20,814 bases of DNA from an uncultured Eubacteriales bacterium. Lineage in GTDB: Bacteria; Bacillota; Clostridia; Monoglobales; Monoglobaceae. This document shows, piece by piece, positions 15,008 through 20,814 of this stretch; position 1 is the stretch's first letter; the number at the start of each line of letters is the position of its first letter. Location: assembly GCA_900552305.1 (NCBI GenBank), contig URZD01000009.1:1-20814 (forward strand), in the 5' to 3' direction. The notes under the pieces were generated by a model, which saw only the letters and a program-made list of their open reading frames with translations, made no database searches and was not told the DNA's origin. Position numbers and translations under genes: made by a program.

Positions 15008-17758
15008 TTATTTGTTTACCGTAAACGCATCGCAAAGCGGTCTCAGCGTTTTAAGATTTTCCCAAAGAAATATTCTGTCGCCCGCCTCAAGCGTTACCCC
15101 CTCGGGAATCTCAACCTCCGAATTTACTCCTGCGTTCAGTTCCGCTGCGAGCGTTTTGACCGCCGTCATTTTTTCGCCCGTATCATAGCTTGCAAATACA
15201 ATCGTATATGCGCCGCCTTTTTCACAGTCTATAGCAAGCGTTTTTCCGTCATAGCGTATTGCATAATCCGTTTCCGGCTCGGCTTCCGCAAGAATTTTGA
15301 TATCTGAAAAGTCTGTGATGCGGATTGTCACAAAGCCGCCGCCTCGACCGTCCGATTCATATTCAAAGGTTTTTGCGCCGTTTATTGCCGATTCGGAGTA
15401 TTCCGGATAGAAAAACTCTTTTGAGCCGTCTTTTTTGTAATGAATAACCTGGCGCGGTTCAATGCCGCCGGTGTGCAAATTAACGGTCAGCTCCGCACCG
15501 CTCAGGCTTTCGTCAGTAATTTCACGGCTTGAAATTTCCGCTCCGTCCGCATCGGCAACGCTTAAATGCGGCGTTACCGAATAGGTAATGGAAGTGGCTA
15601 TTTCATTGCCCTTTTCATCGGTTACGGCAGTATATCCGTTTACAGATATATCAGCATACGTCTTCGTATTCAGCGCTGTCATATCCGTCTGCGCATTAAC
15701 GACCGTATCGGTAATAAACGCAATGTTTACCGCGTCCGTAAGTCCGCTGACATTTGAAAGTCCCAAGCCCTGATAATTGGAAAGCGTCCCCGGAAGATTC
15801 GATAAATTAACGTTATTCTGACCGTCGGATACCGTATAGTTTTTTCCGCCGGCCGTTCCGCGCACGGTCATTTTATACAGATAAATCGGATATTGCGTCA
15901 TTTGCGCACCGCTGTAAATTTGCTTTTCACCGTTGTAATAGCTTTCTGTCTGCATCGTCATGAATTTTGTGTTTTCTTCATTATAATTCATATCGAACGC
16001 ACGCAATATTCCATACGGCAATACGTCTTCGCCTTTTTCGCCTTTGCCGCCCGATTTTCCGTCCGAACCGACATTCCAGCATTCGTTATATACGGAAGCA
16101 ATCCTTGCGGTTTTATCCGGTTCAAGCGCAATGCGATAGCCATATTTTGCAGGTTCGTTGGGATACATATTATAAACATTATAATCGCCCATAAGTCCGT
16201 ATCGGGTATTTTCGAAAACCGTACTTAGTCCGTAGCGCGGTTTTCCCGCGTCCAGCGGACCGCACTCGGCGGCAAATTCCGTTTTCAGCATTATAGCGTC
16301 TGCTGCATAAAGCGCGTTAAATGCAAATTCGCCGTTTGCATCGGGTATTATCTCGGCAACGCCCATAATATTGCGGTATCGTCTTTCCCCGGTTTTACCG
16401 TCCTCCGGCGGCGCCTTAAGCGCATAATATTTACCGCCGATTTCGGCGACAAATATATATGTGCCGCCGTAAACAACATCCTTTTCGTCCGTTACTTTTA
16501 TAAATATCGGCATAGGCTTGCTGCAAAAGTCGCACACGCCGTCATTGTTTTCATCCGTGTGCCGAGCGGCGGTTTTAAGTTCCGATTTCAGCGCGTACTC
16601 AATATTCCAAATCTGATTTTTGCCCTGTTCGTCCTTGTAATATCTGTCGCAAAAACCGCAGTAATAATAATCCGCGATTCCGTCTTTCATACATGTTGCC
16701 GCCGTACCCGGAATACACGTCAATTCCTCATGCAAACAGCCGCCCTTCGGCAAAACCGTAAGATTAAACTCCTTGGCGGTTATCATATCTGCACATTCGG
16801 CAGTTACCGAAAAGGTATATTTGCCGCTTTCTGTCGGTGTACCGCTGATTGCGCCCGTTTCGCGGTTAAGCGAAAGTCCCGGCGGAAGCGACGAACCGTC
16901 CGCAACGCTCCACGCTGCGGCAATATCCGAATTAACCGATAAGCTGCGCGAATATTCCGACCCGACCGTTGCATTGTCCAGCCTGCTTTGCGTTGTAATT
17001 TCAAGCGGGTCGCTTTCGTTTATTTTTAAGGTGTATGCTTTCCGGGTGATGCCGTTTTCGTTTTCTGCGGAAAGCGTGAAACTAAGCGTTCCCGTTTCGG
17101 TCGGGACTCCGGAAATATCGTAATAATAGCCATAGCGCCAGTTAGAATCCGCTTTTCCGGTAAGTCCGTGCGTAAAGCTGTATTCCGTATCGTCCGTTTC
17201 GCTGACAACCGCCTTTATGTCACCCTTCAGGCTCGGCGGTTCGTCGCTTACGCTGATTCTAACGTTGTATGATTTTCCCGCCTTTGCTTCGGGAAGCTCG
17301 TCTTTAGAGAAAATCGGCTTTCTCAGATCCTTGTTGCAGTGCGTACAGATACCTTTTTCGTTTGGAGTGTGTTCATCGGTAATATCCTCGGTTAAATTCG
17401 AATAAAACGATTTTTTGTGCTTATTTTTATTTGTTTCGTCGGTATGACAGCAATAGTGCGTAATATACGAAACAATTCTTGTTCCTGTTATACTCGGATA
17501 GTCTTCGGGTATTTTCCCTTCTTCGTAAGGCTCCGGAATATTTTGTTTCCAGCGGATGTCATACCGCGAACCCATTTTATACGCCGGCTCGCCGGTCGCG
17601 AAAACGGAAGTCGGCACACTGTAGCAAGCGTTCAAATATATATTTGCACCGGCAAGAGCGCTGTCCTCGCAAGGGTGTACGTCGCTGTCGTTATAGCACC
17701 TTTTTACGTTATAGCTCGGGGAACTTCCGAGAAACACTTTCAGCAACCGGATATGCAA
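15008..17758 (-). CDS. Large extracellular-type protein (916 aa as drawn) with a 'putative Ig' (He_PIG-like) domain and several His/Asp-CxxC knuckles. It is probably the C-terminal continuation of the GLUG gene in another frame (see findings).
   Basis: The frame is open back to a TGA at 17783-17785. The only start is a TTG, the first 23 residues (MHIRLLKVFLGSSPSYNVKRCYN) do not form a signal peptide, and there is no RBS, yet the content is clearly extracytoplasmic. He_PIG-like motif: GSEYSRSLSVNSDIAAAWSVADGSSLPPGLSLNRETGAISGTPTESGKYTFSVTAE. It overlaps the upstream ORF by 50 nt. Confidence 0.7.
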   Translation of the reverse strand: MHIRLLKVFLGSSPSYNVKRCYNDSDVHPCEDSALAGANIYLNACYSVPTSVFATGEPAYKMGSRYDIRWKQNIPEPYEEGKIPEDYPSITGTRIVSYITHYCCHTDETNKNKHKKSFYSNLTEDITDEHTPNEKGICTHCNKDLRKPIFSKDELPEAKAGKSYNVRISVSDEPPSLKGDIKAVVSETDDTEYSFTHGLTGKADSNWRYGYYYDISGVPTETGTLSFTLSAENENGITRKAYTLKINESDPLEITTQSRLDNATVGSEYSRSLSVNSDIAAAWSVADGSSLPPGLSLNRETGAISGTPTESGKYTFSVTAECADMITAKEFNLTVLPKGGCLHEELTCIPGTAATCMKDGIADYYYCGFCDRYYKDEQGKNQIWNIEYALKSELKTAARHTDENNDGVCDFCSKPMPIFIKVTDEKDVVYGGTYIFVAEIGGKYYALKAPPEDGKTGERRYRNIMGVAEIIPDANGEFAFNALYAADAIMLKTEFAAECGPLDAGKPRYGLSTVFENTRYGLMGDYNVYNMYPNEPAKYGYRIALEPDKTARIASVYNECWNVGSDGKSGGKGEKGEDVLPYGILRAFDMNYNEENTKFMTMQTESYYNGEKQIYSGAQMTQYPIYLYKMTVRGTAGGKNYTVSDGQNNVNLSNLPGTLSNYQGLGLSNVSGLTDAVNIAFITDTVVNAQTDMTALNTKTYADISVNGYTAVTDEKGNEIATSITYSVTPHLSVADADGAEISSREITDESLSGAELTVNLHTGGIEPRQVIHYKKDGSKEFFYPEYSESAINGAKTFEYESDGRGGGFVTIRITDFSDIKILAEAEPETDYAIRYDGKTLAIDCEKGGAYTIVFASYDTGEKMTAVKTLAAELNAGVNSEVEIPEGVTLEAGDRIFLWENLKTLRPLCDAFTVNK

Positions 17759-18995
17759 TTGCCGTTTCTCCGCCTTTTCCGTTCAAAGCAACCCTCCCGG
17801 CATTATAACTCGATTCCAAAGCGCATCCGCCCCAGTCGATCTGTCCCACAAGCCCTACGGCAACCATGGTTGCCGCAATCTCGTTTCTGTTTGCGCAGTA
17901 TTTAATCTGCGCTCCTTCCCGCGCCTGATATACGATACCGGCAGCACCGCTTGCGCGAACCTTTCCGAAATTGATACAGCCTGCAATAATGCCGCCGTCA
18001 CAGCCTGCCGTATCACCGCCGCCGGAATTTCCGACAATGCCGCCCGCATGGCCGCTTGTTTCGTTTGCGGATACAAAGGTTTCATCACCGTAAACCTCGC
18101 CGTAGTTTCGGCAGTTCTCAAGCGATACATATGCCTGAGCATAGGTGTTTGTTCTGCCGCCGGTCAAATTTCCGGCAATGCCTCCGGCATAATTGTCGCT
18201 GACAACCGTACCGTAGTTTTCGCAGTTTTCCGCTTTTCCTGCCATACAGCCGACAATGCCGCCGACCATACCCACCCTCGACGCATTGCTGTTGAATGAA
18301 ACATAGCTGCTTTTTCCGACAACTGACGCGCGGTTGACGCAGTTTGCAATCGTATCGATACTCATTGCCATTGCGGCAACTCCGCCTGTTGAACCGCTGC
18401 CTCCGCATTTATAACCGAGAATAAGGGAGTTTTCTCCGACCGTAAGATTTTTTACATGACCGCTGTAATGGTTATTTGCATTTTTATCGCCGATAAGTCC
18501 GAAAAATCCTGCATAGCCTATATTTTCGTCATTGACATAAACGCCGTCCACAGTGTGACCGTTTCCGTCAAAGGTGCCGACATATGTCATTGCCGCCGTG
18601 CCGATCGGCGTCCAACCGTTCAGTTCAAACGCTGTTTCGCCGTCGTTAAGAGCGCCAAGCGTTGTGCCGTTCAGCCCGGAACCGAGATGAAAGCTTTTTT
18701 CTCCTTTTGAAACGGTTATTTTGCCCGTTTCGCTGTTATATGCAAAGGATACGCCCGGATTCAAGTCAATATCCGCCGCAAGGCGCGCGTTAACCTTATC
18801 GTTTATATCGGTTCGTCCGTTTACAAAGCCGGAAAACCAGTATAAATCCTCCGCACTGTCCAAAAGATAATATCCGTCCGCGTCAACCGGCGGCGTTTCC
18901 GCCGCCTCGCCGTTCGCAAACGCCGAGCGCGGCAGAACCGTTAATACCATAATTACGGCAAGACAAAAGGCGGGCAGCTTTCTTTTTATATTCAT
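17709..18995 (-). CDS. Secreted GLUG-motif repeat protein (428 aa as drawn). It is probably the N-terminal part of a longer frameshifted gene.
   Basis: The ATG is preceded by GAGGAGGAG with a 5-nt spacer. Signal peptide: MNIKRKLPAFCLAVIMVLTVLPRSAFA. Repeated GLUG-type units: NCVNRASVVG...GGIVGCMAGKAENCENYGTVVSDNYAGGIAGNL...NCRNYGEVYG...AGGIVGN...GCINFGKVRASGAAGIVYQ...VGLVGQ. Confidence 0.8.
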   Translation of the reverse strand: MNIKRKLPAFCLAVIMVLTVLPRSAFANGEAAETPPVDADGYYLLDSAEDLYWFSGFVNGRTDINDKVNARLAADIDLNPGVSFAYNSETGKITVSKGEKSFHLGSGLNGTTLGALNDGETAFELNGWTPIGTAAMTYVGTFDGNGHTVDGVYVNDENIGYAGFFGLIGDKNANNHYSGHVKNLTVGENSLILGYKCGGSGSTGGVAAMAMSIDTIANCVNRASVVGKSSYVSFNSNASRVGMVGGIVGCMAGKAENCENYGTVVSDNYAGGIAGNLTGGRTNTYAQAYVSLENCRNYGEVYGDETFVSANETSGHAGGIVGNSGGGDTAGCDGGIIAGCINFGKVRASGAAGIVYQAREGAQIKYCANRNEIAATMVAVGLVGQIDWGGCALESSYNAGRVALNGKGGETAIAYPVAESVSRKFPEL

Positions 18996-19014
18996 TGGAA
19001 CTCCTCCTCATCAA

Positions 19015-20814
19015 TTATTTTGTTATTTTCAAGCTTTCCAAAGATGTAAGCGGCTTTATATTTTTGTGACTGTCAAATATAAACGCCCTAATCTCATCAG
19101 CCCCCGAAATATCTAATCCGAACTTATCGAGAGAGCTGTCAAGTATCGGATTCGCCTTGCTCAGACTGATTTTTTTTGCGCCGACAAGCCTTCCGTCTTT
19201 ATAGCTGCCAATTAAAACCGCCGCGTCAAGTCCGCCGTTTGAAGCATAAACGCGATAACCTTCCTTTTCGCCGTACAGCCGCAAAATCGGTTTGTCTGAA
19301 ATCACATACTTTTCCACCGGCAAAAGAGGCTTTATCTTATTATCATAGCTGAACATAAACGCCCTGATCTCATTCGCATCCGAAATATCCAGCCCAAAGT
19401 CGCTGACGGAAACGTCGAGTATCGGACGGTCTGTTTTACGGATAGCCTCTCTTTTTACGTCAATCATCCGTCCGTTTTGATAGCTTGCTACCCAAACCCA
19501 TGCGGAAAGTCCGCCGTTGGAAGCGTGGATACGGTATTCATCGTTTTGGTTGGACAGCTGCAATACCGGTTCTCCGATAAGCTTCGGAATCGTTACTGTC
19601 TCTTCGTAAAGGCATACGTCGCAGACGTGACGGCCGATTCCCTCCTCTGTCAGAGTAGGTTTTTTGGGAAATACCATCTGATTGTAGCGGTGCGGTATCA
19701 CGCGGAGCTTTTCGGAACAGTCCGGACTCTCGCATTCCAGCCAGTGACTTGTTTCGTCATGCACATATGAGCTGTTGACAAAGGAGCAGGTGTGAGTCAG
19801 CGGCGCTATCGGCACGGTTTGTTCGTTCCAGCATCCGGCTTGCGAGCAGATGCGTTTCTTAAGGCCCGGCGCAGATGTTGTCGGCGCCGTAACGGTCACC
19901 CAGTCGCTGTATGTATGGCGAACGTAGGAATTGTCGGAGCGTCCGCAAACTTCGTCGGAGCAAACATTCCAGTGCGCAATGCCGTCATGCGCCACCACGG
20001 TGAAGCTGTGCGTATGCGGCGCGGCAAGCTTGGGAATTGTCTGCTTTTGCCTTGTTAAACCGCAGTCGGCGCAGTAATAGGTCTGCTCGCCCTCGGCGTC
20101 AGCCGTAGGCTCCTTGGTGGTTTTCCAATAACCCGGTGTGTGCGACTGCAAATAAAATTCTTCATGGCAGTTTTGGCACAGTACCATATGTCTGTCTGTC
20201 CGACTGCCTGTATATGCCACACTATTTCTGTACTCATAAGATGAGGTGTCGTGCTGCGGAGTAATGCAAATCGGTTTGGACTGCACCGTGCCGCCGTCGC
20301 CCGTAACAACGCAGACAAACATGAATTCATCCTCATATTGCAAAACCTCGCCGCACATTGCGTCATACAGCCCAACGGTCAGCGTATCGGTTTTTGTGCC
20401 CGCATGACCGTTTTCGGGGTGTTCCTCTATGTCGGGAGCTTTATACAACTTAACATCTCCGTTGGCATCGTAATAAGCGTTGTACCACTGATAAGTAAGA
20501 TTGTTGCCGCGCGCCTTGACCGAAAGCTTTACAAAGTTGTCGTCGCGTCCGTTCCGATAGGTCGGCTTTGGGTCGGCCGTCTGCCATGTGATACGCACCG
20601 GGCGGATTCTTCCGCAGGCAACGCAGGCGTCGCCGTGGCGCCAGTCGTGTGCGCCGATATTCACGCGCTTGCCTTTGTCGGGGCAATCAGAATTGGAGCA
20701 AATCTTCCAGTGCTGGGTTTCGTTCATCTGCCACTCATCCGTTTCGTGCGGCAGGTTGATAAAGAACCGCACGTCGCTGTTATAATATGCCTCATAATTT
20801 CCAAGCGCGTTATG
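19015..20814 (-). CDS. Large Cys/His/Trp-rich repeat protein, 5'-truncated by the window edge. It has three H-x-W-x2-C-[SE]-x3-C modules and a tandemly duplicated ~93-aa C-terminal domain.
   Basis: The reading frame continues open from the track's GTG at 20770-20772 to the window end (HNALGNYEAYYNSDVRFF...), so the true start lies upstream. Modules: QHWKICSNSDCPDKGKR...GAHDWRHGDACVACG; AHWNVCSDEVCGRSDNSYVRHTY; SHWLECESPDCSEKLRVIPHRY. It also has CADCG...TIPKL and CDVC...TIPKL. The stop at 19015-19017 lies 1 nt before the GLUG gene's RBS. Confidence 0.8.
   Translation of the reverse strand, partial: HNALGNYEAYYNSDVRFFINLPHETDEWQMNETQHWKICSNSDCPDKGKRVNIGAHDWRHGDACVACGRIRPVRITWQTADPKPTYRNGRDDNFVKLSVKARGNNLTYQWYNAYYDANGDVKLYKAPDIEEHPENGHAGTKTDTLTVGLYDAMCGEVLQYEDEFMFVCVVTGDGGTVQSKPICITPQHDTSSYEYRNSVAYTGSRTDRHMVLCQNCHEEFYLQSHTPGYWKTTKEPTADAEGEQTYYCADCGLTRQKQTIPKLAAPHTHSFTVVAHDGIAHWNVCSDEVCGRSDNSYVRHTYSDWVTVTAPTTSAPGLKKRICSQAGCWNEQTVPIAPLTHTCSFVNSSYVHDETSHWLECESPDCSEKLRVIPHRYNQMVFPKKPTLTEEGIGRHVCDVCLYEETVTIPKLIGEPVLQLSNQNDEYRIHASNGGLSAWVWVASYQNGRMIDVKREAIRKTDRPILDVSVSDFGLDISDANEIRAFMFSYDNKIKPLLPVEKYVISDKPILRLYGEKEGYRVYASNGGLDAAVLIGSYKDGRLVGAKKISLSKANPILDSSLDKFGLDISGADEIRAFIFDSHKNIKPLTSLESLKITK
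19018..19572 (-). repeat. Tandem duplication encoding two ~93-aa C-terminal domains of the 19015..20814 protein.
   Basis: Residues ...YRIHASNGGLSAWVWVASYQNGRMIDVKREAIRKTDRPILDVSVSDFGLDISDANEIRAFMFSYDNKIKPL are followed immediately by ...YRVYASNGGLDAAVLIGSYKDGRLVGAKKISLSKANPILDSSLDKFGLDISGADEIRAFIFDSHKNIKPL. Roughly half the residues are identical and collinear. The DNA copies (19018-19296 and 19297-19572) have diverged. Confidence 0.7.

Noticed and set aside
2313-18710. Numerous + strand ORFs of 60-220 aa (for example 2313-2975, 3408-3776, 6004-6429, 7680-8129, 9670-10116, 15893-16228, 16559-16942, 17417-17905, 18048-18299) and short minus-strand ORFs nested inside the large genes.
   Set aside because: All lie wholly inside, and antisense or out-of-frame to, long minus-strand ORFs that have RBSs, signal peptides and recognisable domains. 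Their translations are Cys/Arg/Phe-rich with no motifs, so they are shadow ORFs.
19018-19572. Dockerin or cohesin-type module at the C-terminus of the 19015-20814 protein.
   Set aside because: There are no paired calcium-binding DxDxDGxxxxD loops. The repeat is ~93 aa rather than the ~22-aa dockerin segments.
15008-20814. Possible c-type cytochrome haem-binding sites in the Cys-rich surface proteins.
   Set aside because: None of the CxxC pairs is followed by His (CxxCH is absent), for example CTHCN, CDFCS and CADCG. A multihaem cytochrome interpretation is not supported.
1-20814. Mobile element, CRISPR array, tRNA, rRNA or toxin-antitoxin content.
   Set aside because: I found no transposase, integrase or recombinase-like ORFs, no terminal inverted repeats flanking a block, no regularly spaced short direct repeats, and no tRNA-like cloverleaf candidates. 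The only repeats seen are intragenic.

Overview
The window is a 20.8-kb chromosomal segment that looks like a Firmicutes (Clostridia-type) cell-envelope region, and I see no single feature I can name as a defined novel system. The taxonomy is inferred from the domain repertoire only: SLH, Cu-amine-oxidase N-terminal, BspA-type LRR, GLUG, Listeria-Bacteroides repeat, TPM and SPFH domains. Apart from the 3' tail of a + strand gene at bases 1-192, every credible gene is on the minus strand. There are 16 minus-strand genes (one 5'-truncated at the window end) with short gaps and overlaps, so they probably form a few long transcription units. I found no rRNA, tRNA, CRISPR array, transposase or integrase. 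The content falls into three groups.

- **Surface and secreted proteins.** Five very large proteins with repeat or adhesin architecture lie at 660-3989 and 13308-20814. They use at least two different wall-anchoring domain types.
- **Membrane module.** At 7407-13283 there is a double zinc-ribbon protein, a TPM-domain protein, a second zinc-ribbon protein and an SPFH/band-7 protein with C-terminal zinc ribbons. This matches my recollection of the B. subtilis ydjG-ydjH-ydjI (PspA-associated) module. Here it is split by two surface-protein genes, and no pspA is visible in the window.
- **Second membrane cluster.** At 4148-7356 there is a HEAT-repeat lipoprotein, an unknown 162-aa protein, a membrane protein with TM segments at both ends, and a membrane protein with a C-terminal zinc ribbon.

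The points most worth a second look are listed below.

1. The GLUG-motif surface protein gene appears split by a frameshift into two overlapping ORFs (17709-18995 and 15008-17758).
2. A family of His/Asp-Cys-x2-Cys 'knuckle' repeats is shared by two adjacent giant secreted proteins.
3. A near-identical ~186-bp direct repeat sits 990 bp apart inside the adhesin gene.
4. An A9 homopolymer lies inside a surface-protein gene.
5. Zinc ribbons are fused to membrane or stress-type proteins four times in the window.

All domain calls come from reading motifs in the translations. None has been checked against a database.
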